In this document: piece by piece, positions 1 to 6,724 of the stretch
How the letters are laid out: each line of letters opens with the position of its first letter
Position numbering within the stretch: position 1 is the stretch's first letter
Source: Ignicoccus hospitalis KIN4/I
GTDB lineage: Archaea; Thermoproteota; Thermoprotei_A; Sulfolobales; Ignicoccaceae
Direction of reading: 5' to 3'
DNA: 32,000 nucleotides
NCBI RefSeq assembly: GCF_000017945.1
Contig: NC_009776.1
Span: 60,001-92,000 of the forward strand
The notes under the pieces: generated by a model
Told to the model about the DNA's origin: nothing
Databases searched by the model: none
Seen by the model: the letters and a program-made list of their open reading frames with translations, nothing else
Made by a program: the position numbers and the translations under genes

Positions 1-1010
1 ACGTCCCTCTTTTGAGGGTCCTCCCAGTACTGGTATATTAGGTGGTGAGGGATCAACGGCCTTTCGTCCTTTTTCATGACGTTGAAGTAATCTGCGACGT
101 TCTCCAAGGTCTTCACCTTAACTTCGTACACCTCTTTAGCAAAGTCGTAGACGTCCACGTTAAGGCGCCCCGGAACGGAGACGTGGCCGTAGGCGCCGGT
201 AGTGGGGATTACGCCGACCTTCCGTCCCACGTCTAGGCGTACGCCGACGACCTTGCTCCTCTCTATCAAGTACGGCCAGTCGAAGCTGTTGCTGTTGTAC
301 CCAACGACGACGTCTGGGTCTCGTTCGAGCATCTCCTTTTTGAACCAAACGATCAAGTCCTTATCGTTCTTATCTTGGGAGAGCTTAGAGACTACGGAGC
401 CTTCGGAGGCCAATGCAATAGAAATTATTGGGTCCCTCTCCGGTCGGGGGGTTCCCGACTTGTTATATACCTCTATGTCGAAGGCTAAGGTCTTCAACTT
501 CGGTTTGACATCTATGTTCAGTGCCTCGGGTCCGTTCAAGACCTCGTAGACCGTTTCTACTCGGTAGCTCTTCTCGGGGCCAAGCTCTTTTACCTCGAAC
601 TCCGCCCAGCCACAAGGCCTTAAGCCGGTATCTATTATGTACCTCATCGAAAACCTTATGTCTGCCTCCAGTACGTCTGCGACTTCCTCCAACCTCTTGA
701 CCTCTTCTCTGTACTCTCTAACGCTCTCGGGGATTACGGTAGTCACTTTAATTACAGTCTTTTCCCTACCAATGAGCTTTTTCTTAAGTACCTCGAGGGA
801 AATTATGGGAGACTTGGGCTTACTCAAGAGGGATAATTTCCTCTTAAGCCTTTCCAAGTCTGCGTTCTCTTTTAGGAGCACATAAAAGTAGGGTCTAAAC
901 CTCTTGTCTTTGAGTAGGACTCTCCTTTCGTTCTCGTCGAGCGCCCAAATTAGTATTACTGGTTTGTTGCCTTCCAGTTCGTAGCTCACGTCGAGTACGT
1001 AGAACTTCAA
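1..1010 (-). CDS. polB: Family B DNA polymerase, N-terminal and 3'-5' exonuclease region (partial; the gene runs off the left edge)
   Basis: Absent from the ORF track because there is no stop inside the window. My own minus-strand translation from TTG at 1010 reads (M)KFYVLDVSYELEGNKPVILIWALDENERRVLLKDKRFRPYFYVLL, then LKTLAFDIEVY (Exo I DxE) and VVVGYNSNSFDWPYLIERS (Exo II). The frame stays open to position 1. Confidence 0.85.
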   Translation of the reverse strand, partial: MKFYVLDVSYELEGNKPVILIWALDENERRVLLKDKRFRPYFYVLLKENADLERLKRKLSLLSKPKSPIISLEVLKKKLIGREKTVIKVTTVIPESVREYREEVKRLEEVADVLEADIRFSMRYIIDTGLRPCGWAEFEVKELGPEKSYRVETVYEVLNGPEALNIDVKPKLKTLAFDIEVYNKSGTPRPERDPIISIALASEGSVVSKLSQDKNDKDLIVWFKKEMLERDPDVVVGYNSNSFDWPYLIERSKVVGVRLDVGRKVGVIPTTGAYGHVSVPGRLNVDVYDFAKEVYEVKVKTLENVADYFNVMKKDERPLIPHHLIYQYWEDPQKRD

Positions 1011-1049
1011 AGTCCTTCCTACCGTTCGCCTTCAACGCCTTCGAGAAAT

Positions 1050-1421
1050 TTAGGTGGTGCTGGAGTTGGCGGCGGGCGGGAAGGGCGGCCACGAGGATAT
1101 CGGCACGCTCACTTGGCTCGGCGTGCTTACTGTTATGCTGAGGGGCAGCTGGGGCAAGCTGACGCTGGGGGGCGAGGGGAGGCTGGTTGGAACAAAGCCG
1201 TTGCTTATGGTAGCGTTCAAGTAAGTCCTCAGCATCTTTAGGTATTCTATATAAAGTTGTAAGTACAAACTCGTGACTTTGTCGTACTCGCTTATTATTG
1301 CATGTGTTGCCTCCCTGTAGGCGGAGATCATTGATTGGTAGATGAGGAAGTACGCTGCCACGTTAAGTACTATTACGGCCAGCACTATGCCGACGTATAA
1401 TAAGGTCAGATCTATACTCAA
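1050..1421 (-). CDS. Hypothetical membrane-anchored protein with one N-terminal TM helix and a Ser/Pro/Thr-rich C-terminal tail
   Basis: 123-aa ORF. The hydrophobic segment LLYVGIVLAVIVLNVAAYFLIY is followed by a low-complexity tail, SLPSPPSVSLPQLPLSITVSTPSQVSVPISS. It lies 40 nt upstream of polB on the same strand. No family recognised. Confidence 0.45.
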   Translation of the reverse strand: MSIDLTLLYVGIVLAVIVLNVAAYFLIYQSMISAYREATHAIISEYDKVTSLYLQLYIEYLKMLRTYLNATISNGFVPTSLPSPPSVSLPQLPLSITVSTPSQVSVPISSWPPFPPAANSSTT

Positions 1422-1481
1422 AGCGTACTACCCGCGTGCCCGTGAAAACTCTATCTCAAAGAAGTTTTCCCGGGTCTCAGG

Positions 1482-2123
1482 TTGGCGATTCACGCGCGCG
1501 CGATCCGTCTAGGCATTCCGGTGTTCGACGACAGGGTCGGCAACGTCAGCCTAGGCAGCCTCGAGGTTCTCGTGGGAGATAAGGACTCTTACGTGCATTT
1601 GTTTAACTACCTAATAGCCAAGGCGTGGGTTGACAGAGGGGAGAGGGTCGCGTTCGTTATTGACAAGGGCTTCGTGAACGTCCACAGGGTGGTGGCGGAG
1701 AGCTTCGGGATAGACGCGATGGGTCTCGAGGAGTCGAACATGTGGAAGTACGAGGAAGTGGACAACAGCGACGATGCGATGACAAAGGCAATAGAACTCT
1801 TCGCCAACTTCGCGCTCGTGTTGGTGGACGCCACCTCTTGGTTCGACCCGGACCTAACTCTGCTCCACAGGACGATCTCAACCCTCATCAATAGCAACTC
1901 GATAATGGTAATAACTTTGATAGATGAGAGGGTGAAGCCCGAGGCCTTGGGCATCCTCGAGGCTAACGCAGAGTACGTAGTGAGGTTCGAGACTTACTGG
2001 GCGAACTTAAGGGTCGAAAGGATAATGAAGTTGTGTAGGAGCCGTCACCCGACCAACCCCTTCGCCGCGTATTACAGCGTTACCAGCGACGGGATTGAGA
2101 TAGAAGAACTGAAGCGGCTTTGA
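1482..2123 (+). CDS. KaiC/RadB-like RecA-superfamily protein with a degenerate Walker A (probable pseudo-ATPase)
   Basis: 213 aa, TTG start. The layout [29 protein letters not shown] matches KaiC/RadB 'GIPGLDELLGGGLPxGSxxLVxGxxGxGKT', but GxxGxGK[ST] is replaced by GDKDSYVH. A Walker-B-like LVLVDATS is retained. The C-terminus is KaiC-like (R..K.R...H......Y.it..GI.I). Confidence 0.6.
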   Translation: MAIHARAIRLGIPVFDDRVGNVSLGSLEVLVGDKDSYVHLFNYLIAKAWVDRGERVAFVIDKGFVNVHRVVAESFGIDAMGLEESNMWKYEEVDNSDDAMTKAIELFANFALVLVDATSWFDPDLTLLHRTISTLINSNSIMVITLIDERVKPEALGILEANAEYVVRFETYWANLRVERIMKLCRSRHPTNPFAAYYSVTSDGIEIEELKRL

Positions 2124-2157
2124 AAAACCCCGCGGAGTAGCCCCGAGGGGTTCCGGA

Positions 2158-2478
2158 ATGCCGCCCAAGAACATGGCGAGGATAAAGATGTGGAGTACGG
2201 ACGTGAAGTCAATAGAGGAAGTGGCAAAACAGATAAGGGAGATAGCGGAGCGCTCGGGCGTAGAGGTAAGGGGCCCCGTGCCCTTGCCCGTCAAGCGCCT
2301 CGAGATATCCACCCTCCGCCTCCCTCACGGCGAAGGTACTAAGGTGTTTGACCACTGGGAAATGAGGATACATAAGAGATTGATCGACGTAGAACTCAAC
2401 GACAAAGTGATGAGGAACATAATGAGGATACGGGTGCCGAGCAACGTTTACATCGAGATCCAGATAAAGAAGGTATAA
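2158..2478 (+). CDS. rps10: 30S ribosomal protein S10 (uS10)
   Basis: 106 aa. [42 protein letters not shown]...[23 protein letters not shown]...[14 protein letters not shown] is the canonical archaeal S10 sequence pattern. Confidence 0.95.
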   Translation: MPPKNMARIKMWSTDVKSIEEVAKQIREIAERSGVEVRGPVPLPVKRLEISTLRLPHGEGTKVFDHWEMRIHKRLIDVELNDKVMRNIMRIRVPSNVYIEIQIKKV

Positions 2479-2479
2479 A

Positions 2480-2536
2480 GGGCGATGACGGCGCCGACAT
2501 CGGAGGATCGGTGACTGAGAGCTCTCGCACGAGCCC
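2480..2536 (+). ncRNA. C/D box sRNA candidate A (2'-O-methylation guide), starting 2 nt after the rps10 stop
   Basis: Terminal stem GGGC (2480-2483) pairs with GCCC (2533-2536). C box AUGACGG is at 2485-2491. The 12-nt guide at 2492-2503 (cgccgacaucgg) is complementary to CGAUGUCGGC, a conserved 23S peptidyl-transferase-region motif. D' AGGA is at 2504-2507, followed by a 3-nt linker. C' GUGACUG is at 2511-2517; its positions 5-6 (C,U) can pair with G,A of D'. An 11-nt guide follows, then D ACGA at 2529-2532. Confidence 0.5.
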
Positions 2537-2540
2537 TTTA

Positions 2541-2605
2541 GGAGGAATGATGTGAAACCCCGGTACCGAAGGACGGTGTGGACCAACCCCGCATCTCTGA
2601 CCCGC
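2541..2605 (+). ncRNA. C/D box sRNA candidate B (weaker)
   Basis: C box AUGAUGU is at 2547-2553. A 12-nt spacer precedes D'-like CCGA at 2566-2569. An internal C'-like UGGACCA is at 2579-2585. An 11-nt guide precedes a canonical D box CUGA at 2597-2600. The terminal C/D pair is canonical and the internal pair is poor. I recognise no rRNA target for the guides. Confidence 0.35.
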
Positions 2606-2673
2606 CGCTTTCCGGGACCGACGAGCGAACGCCTCAACCCTCTAACTTTTCTACGAAACGTGGGGCTGTAAAG

Positions 2674-2731
2674 GGCCGATGATCAATACTCCCCAGGTCG
2701 AGGGGTGAGAGCAATTCCTTTATGTGAGGCC
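2674..2731 (+). ncRNA. C/D box sRNA C, a dual guide against 16S rRNA
   Basis: Terminal stem GGCC (2674-2677) pairs with GGCC (2728-2731). C box AUGAUCA is at 2679-2685. The guide at 2686-2697 (auacuccccagg) is complementary to the conserved 16S motif CCUGGGGAGUA. D' UCGA is at 2698-2701, followed by linker GGG. C' GUGAGAG is at 2705-2711. The guide at 2712-2723 (caauuccuuuau) is complementary to the archaeal 16S motif UAAAGGAAUUG. D GUGA is at 2724-2727. Both spacers are exactly 12 nt and the box deviations are compensatory (see findings). Confidence 0.75.
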
Positions 2732-2792
2732 TCAGGGCTACAATGGATCATCATTTAGATCCCGTCAGTCCGCCCATCGGTCACCATCGGTT
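2728..2792 (-). ncRNA. C/D box sRNA D (minus strand), with the D guide against 16S rRNA
   Basis: The minus strand reads ccg-AUGGUGA-ccgaugggcgga-CUGA-cgggaucua-AAUGAUGA-uccauuguagcc-CUGA-ggcc. The C box is the complement of 2781-2787. D' CUGA and C' AUGAUGA are perfect. D CUGA is the complement of 2732-2735. Both guides are 12 nt. The D guide is complementary to the universally conserved 16S motif GGCUACAAUGG. Confidence 0.65.
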
Positions 2793-2805
2793 GAATTTTA
2801 AGGTC

Positions 2806-2894
2806 TGGCGCCGGGGGCGGGATTCGAACCCGCGCCCCCCATCAGGGGGAGTGGCTCTCCAGGCCACCCCCTTGGGCCGCTCGGGCACCCCGGC
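2806..2894 (-). tRNA. tRNA-Ser(GGA): tRNA-Ser (anticodon GGA), class II with a long variable arm and an encoded CCA
   Basis: The reverse complement is GCCGGGGUGCCCGAGCGGCCCAAGGGGGUGGCCUGGAGAGCCACUCCCCCUGAUGGGGGGCGCGGGUUCGAAUCCCGCCCCCGGCGCCA. It has a 7-bp acceptor stem, anticodon stem GUGGC/GCCAC with loop CU-GGA-GA, a variable arm CCCCC/GGGGG, and a T arm GCGGG-UUCGAAU-CCCGC. Confidence 0.93.
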
Positions 2895-2916
2895 GAGCTA
2901 GGGTCCGCAAGGCTCC

Positions 2917-2923
2917 TTAAAAA
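2917..2923 (-). promoter_or_regulatory. TATA-like box for tRNA-Ser
   Basis: The minus strand reads aaTTTTTAAgg, centred about 26 nt upstream of the tRNA 5' end at 2894. It abuts the stop codon (2924-2926) of the upstream oxidoreductase gene. Confidence 0.4.
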
Positions 2924-3997
2924 TTAAACCGGCACGGGCGGCCTCATCTTGGCCTCTCGTGCCCACCTAATCATTATCCTCTCCAAGATCTCCTTTACTA
3001 TCGGTGCTAACCTCCCCGGCACTACCACTCTCTTCATTACGCTGATGCCGTCGTTGGGTCCGAAAGTTATGAAGCAGAAGGGGTTGTCCTTGGTTAAGAA
3101 GGGCTTGTAGGGACTCGTCTTCTTACCGGCAATGTGAAGGATCGCGTACCAACCGTGACGGAGCGCCTCCTCAGCCATCTTTAAGGATGGCCCGCTCGAG
3201 GAGTCGCCGGTCACGTAGATCCTCTTACACCCCTTCGCCCTGAGGTGCTCGTCCACTAAGTAGAACCCCCTCTTATCTTTCTCTCCGCAAGGTATCTCGA
3301 CCTCGGGGCCCTTAACCCCGGCGGCCCACACCACCAAGTCGGCATCGTACTCCTTGCCGTCTTTCGTTATCACCTTCCCATTCTTTATCTTAGATACCAT
3401 GGCGTTTAGGTGATATTCGACCTTGTGTTTCTTCAGGAGTTTGGGGACCACAGCCCTCACCTTCTCGCACGGTAAAGTGGGCGAGATGACGGGGGCTGCC
3501 TCTAACATGATTACCTTATACTTGGTGAAGCCCGCCTCTCTGGTCCACACTAGCTCTCCCGCGGCCTCCAGCCCGACCAGCCCGGTGCCCACGACAGCTA
3601 TGGTGGCTTCACCCCCCAGCCTCTCCAGCTCCTTCTTCAACTTGCGGGCGTGTTCAACCCTATACAAGGGGAAGGCCCCCTCCACGGGCACCCAAGCGGA
3701 GGCGCCGGTAGCAACCACGGCGTAGTCTGCCGTTATGGTTTTGTCGTCTTTCAAGACTATTTCAACGCCACTGTTGGTTTCCCTTACCGCCTTGACGAGG
3801 GCGTCTACGTGCTCCCACCGGAACTTGGGCACGACCTCCAGCTCTTCTGCGCTCTTTCTTCCGCTCAGAACCTTCGTTATGGAAGGCAAGTACTCAAATT
3901 TCTTAGGTCCTATCTGGACCACCTCTACGCCCAGCTTTTCGGCGGCGTGCGCCGCGCTCAGCGCGGCGAAGCCGTTTCCCACGATCGCTACCTTCAT
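2924..3997 (-). CDS. FAD/NAD(P)-binding pyridine nucleotide-disulfide oxidoreductase (NDH-2 / sulfide:quinone reductase-like)
   Basis: 357 aa. It carries an N-terminal dinucleotide fold MKVAIVGNGFAALSAA, a second Rossmann motif IAVVGTGLVGLEAAGEL, and a C-terminal IYVTGDSS FAD motif. Confidence 0.75.
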   Translation of the reverse strand: MKVAIVGNGFAALSAAHAAEKLGVEVVQIGPKKFEYLPSITKVLSGRKSAEELEVVPKFRWEHVDALVKAVRETNSGVEIVLKDDKTITADYAVVATGASAWVPVEGAFPLYRVEHARKLKKELERLGGEATIAVVGTGLVGLEAAGELVWTREAGFTKYKVIMLEAAPVISPTLPCEKVRAVVPKLLKKHKVEYHLNAMVSKIKNGKVITKDGKEYDADLVVWAAGVKGPEVEIPCGEKDKRGFYLVDEHLRAKGCKRIYVTGDSSSGPSLKMAEEALRHGWYAILHIAGKKTSPYKPFLTKDNPFCFITFGPNDGISVMKRVVVPGRLAPIVKEILERIMIRWAREAKMRPPVPV

Positions 3998-4060
3998 CGT
4001 CTTTGTTCCGCGACGACTCCTATTGGGGAGCCGGAATAAAGTTCATCTCTTTTAAAGGGT

Positions 4061-5041
4061 TCAAAGCTTTCTCAGCTTGCAGACGAAGAAGCCTTCGGAG
4101 CCGTGTACGTGCGGCCACAGCCGTCTGCACTTGTAGGCGAAGGGGAACTCCCACCCCAAGTATTCCTCTATCCCGGGCGAGCCGGCCTCTCCCCCATCCA
4201 ATACTTCGACATCGTCCCTCGTTTTGAGGATAGTTTCGATAACCAGTTCGTTTTCCTCCGGGGCTATGGAGCAAGTGGAGTAGACCAGCTCCCCTCCCGG
4301 TTTTAATGAGTCCAAAGCCCTATTGAGGAGCATCGCTTGTACCTTGTGCATGAGCGCCAAGTCCTCGGGCCTCCGGGACCTCTTCCTAGAGGGGTCGCGC
4401 GCTATCACGCCCTCTCCGGTGCACGGCGCGTCTAGTAAGGCCTTGTCGAAGGGGCCGTACTTGGACGCGTTGTAGGCGTCGTCTATTATCACATTTGCGT
4501 TGAGTATCTCCATCCTTTCTAAGTTGCTCATCAGCGCCTTAGCTCGGTCCCTCCTCCTCTCTATTAGTATCAGTCTCCCGCTGTTTCCCATGAGCTGGGC
4601 CAAGTGCGTGGCCTTCCCTCCGGGGGCCGAGGCTAGGTCCGCGACGGTCTCGCCGGGTTTTGGGCCTAAGACCAAAGGAGGTAAGGTCGAGGCCTTGTCT
4701 TGGATGTAGAACCAGCCGTCCAAGTGCTCGGGCGTCGAGGACAAGGAGAAAGGTTCTCTTAGAACCTCGTACGCGTGGGGGCACCAGAGGACTTGCTTCA
4801 AGACGAACCCTCTGCTTTCCAACCTCTCCTTCAGTTTCCCACAGCCGACTTTCAAGAAGTTGCACCTTATGGTCGGCTTCGGGGGAACCTCGAAGGCCTC
4901 GAGCAAGGGGAGGGGGTCGCCGAGCATCTCTCTGTACCTTCTGACCATGTAGGGGAGGTAACCGTACTTCCTCGCTAAGAGCTTGTCCTCTTTTGTTATT
5001 TTCAGATCCTTCAGTTTCTTCAATATCTCTTGGTGTTTCAA
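4061..5041 (-). CDS. NOL1/NOP2/Sun-family RNA cytosine-C5 methyltransferase
   Basis: 326 aa. The SAM-binding segment is VADLASAPGGKATHLAQL. Motif IV is LLDAPCTGEGV and motif VI is LVYSTCSIAPEENE. The two catalytic cysteines are typical of RsmB/F- and Trm4-like enzymes. Confidence 0.85.
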   Translation of the reverse strand: MKHQEILKKLKDLKITKEDKLLARKYGYLPYMVRRYREMLGDPLPLLEAFEVPPKPTIRCNFLKVGCGKLKERLESRGFVLKQVLWCPHAYEVLREPFSLSSTPEHLDGWFYIQDKASTLPPLVLGPKPGETVADLASAPGGKATHLAQLMGNSGRLILIERRRDRAKALMSNLERMEILNANVIIDDAYNASKYGPFDKALLDAPCTGEGVIARDPSRKRSRRPEDLALMHKVQAMLLNRALDSLKPGGELVYSTCSIAPEENELVIETILKTRDDVEVLDGGEAGSPGIEEYLGWEFPFAYKCRRLWPHVHGSEGFFVCKLRKL

Positions 5042-5080
5042 AATAAGCGGCCCGTCGGCCGCTCTCCTAGGAGCGCGCTA

Positions 5081-5857
5081 ATGTGGGTTGTCGTCGGGAA
5101 CACCATGGCGGCGCGCTGCGTCGGCGGGACAGTAATAGACCCGGTGCAGAGCGAGCCCTACCCCCTCCGAAAGGCTAGGGTGGGCGGGAAGGAGGTCCCA
5201 ATGATACCCATGTTGGTCCCCCAGTGCCCCGATCCGTTGGTGTGCGTCGAAGTTAAGGGAGACCCGGTAGTATTGAAGGACGGCTCCCACGGCAAGGCTT
5301 GTGGGGACCTTCGGTGTCAAGCTCCTTGGCCTCTGCGCTGGAAGGATATGGAAAAAAGGTACTTGGTGTTGGGAATAAAGTCGAGAGGAGCCGAGGTAAA
5401 CATAGTTCCCGGGCGGGTCAAGTGGCTGAAGGAGGGGAAGCTAAAGGTTGGGTGGAAGGTGATAGAATTTGAAAGGTTGATCTGGACTGCGCCGTACCCC
5501 TACTTAGCCTCCTTGCTAGGGCTGCCCTCGCCCAAGTGGAAGGAGGCCACCGTGGCTCTCTTCTCGTCGGAGGCTGAGTGGAGCCTCGCCTACCACCTGG
5601 CGGACTCCAACCCTTTCTATTCAATACTGAGGGTTGGGGAGGTCACGTGGGCCTTGGGGCCGGGTACGTTTGACGCCCTCAGCGCGGTTAAGCACTTAGA
5701 GAGGAAGGGTTACTTAAAGTTAAAGGGGAACATAGTCAGTTACGTAATAGATTACTACGCGCTCGAAGAGTACGAGCCGAGCCCTCCGAAGTGGGTGGAG
5801 CTGCTCGGTAGGACTGCCGAGTGGAAGGAAAAGTCACTGATCGAGACCATTTGTTAG
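5081..5857 (+). CDS. Hypothetical protein with a possibly degenerate dinucleotide-binding N-terminus
   Basis: The track ORF starts at 5030 and overlaps the start of the divergent methyltransferase gene. ATG 5081 (MWVVVGNTMAARCVGG) is the more plausible start. No family recognised. Confidence 0.5.
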   Translation: MWVVVGNTMAARCVGGTVIDPVQSEPYPLRKARVGGKEVPMIPMLVPQCPDPLVCVEVKGDPVVLKDGSHGKACGDLRCQAPWPLRWKDMEKRYLVLGIKSRGAEVNIVPGRVKWLKEGKLKVGWKVIEFERLIWTAPYPYLASLLGLPSPKWKEATVALFSSEAEWSLAYHLADSNPFYSILRVGEVTWALGPGTFDALSAVKHLERKGYLKLKGNIVSYVIDYYALEEYEPSPPKWVELLGRTAEWKEKSLIETIC

Positions 5858-6576
5858 AGGAGAAGTTTGATACCTATGAGGATCATGAAAATACCAAAGG
5901 CCCGTTTCAACGTTTTGCTCTTCATAGTTTTCATCAAACGAGCGCCTATCTTTGTACCTATTATGAGACCCGGAATCCACACGGCAGCTACGTCGAGCTT
6001 GGCGTACCCGGCAAGTACCTTCGGTATTGCGCTGGCCACGGTGATCAGCGGTAACGCTGTGACGCTCATGCCTATTGCGTACTTTATGTCCACTCCGAGT
6101 AAGACCAATATCGGGTTTAACAACACGCCTCCGCTCATGCCTACTAGGGCTGCAAAAGTCCCTCCGAAGAAGCCTATAACGGCTAAGCTCTTTGCAGTAA
6201 ACGACTTAGTCTGGGATCTCTTCGTTATATCAAGCATCATCAGTATCCCTATCAGGATAAATGAGATGCCTAGTACAGTCTTCATTGCTCCGACTTTGCT
6301 TATGTAGAGGAAGAGCGCGTTGCCGAGCAACGTTCCTAAGACCCCGCCGACGCCTATCCAGACCCCCTCCTTCCGGAGGGTCCCCTGTCTCCAATGAAAG
6401 AACGCGGAGAGTAGGGTACTAACAATTATTATCACGGAGTTTGTAGCCACGGCCTCGGGAGGGCTGAGGCCCAGCAAGAGGACCATTACCGGAATCGCTA
6501 AGACCCCTCCTCCCACGCCGAAGAGCGAGGCGACTATTCCGGTTAGTACGCTAATCAAGAATGATATCACAATCAC
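5854..6576 (-). CDS. TauE/SafE (TSUP, DUF81) family membrane transporter
   Basis: 240 aa, polytopic, GTG start. It shows the characteristic LFGVGGGVLAIPVMVLLLG motif, repeated in the C-terminal half as LVGMSGGVLLNPILVLLG. Confidence 0.8.
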   Translation of the reverse strand: MIVISFLISVLTGIVASLFGVGGGVLAIPVMVLLLGLSPPEAVATNSVIIIVSTLLSAFFHWRQGTLRKEGVWIGVGGVLGTLLGNALFLYISKVGAMKTVLGISFILIGILMMLDITKRSQTKSFTAKSLAVIGFFGGTFAALVGMSGGVLLNPILVLLGVDIKYAIGMSVTALPLITVASAIPKVLAGYAKLDVAAVWIPGLIIGTKIGARLMKTMKSKTLKRAFGIFMILIGIKLLL

Positions 6577-6724
6577 TTCGGTTTACACCTATACGTGACG
6601 GATCGGTAGAGTAATTAAGCCTCAGTCCCGGGATAGGCAGTCATCGTTCCTTAAGGGGCGGGACGTCCTCATCGGCGGGAGCCGTTTTTAATTCCCGGAC
6701 AAGCCCGCTTTAGGGACTGAAAGA

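Noticed and set aside
202-885. Plus-strand ORFs 202-549 and 637-885 (S/L/T-rich)
   Set aside because: They are antisense to the clearly recognisable polB reading frame, and their low-complexity composition is typical of antisense frames.
2606-2673. A fifth C/D sRNA in the 68-nt gap between candidates B and C
   Set aside because: The length would fit, but no arrangement of GA-containing boxes with 11-12-nt spacers could be found on either strand.
5030-5080. The N-terminal extension of the hypothetical protein (track start 5030)
   Set aside because: It would overlap the start of the divergent methyltransferase gene and leave no promoter space. ATG 5081 gives a sensible N-terminus.
6620-6678. 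A C/D-like sRNA on the minus strand upstream of nop5/TauE (CCGAUGA ... ACGAUGA ... CUGA, about 58 nt)
   Set aside because: Both GAUGA cores and a CUGA are present, but there is no D' with a GA. The C'-to-D spacer is 15 nt instead of 11-12. I recognise no rRNA target, and the only nearby TATA is badly positioned. It is worth an RNA-seq glance, but the sequence alone does not support it.
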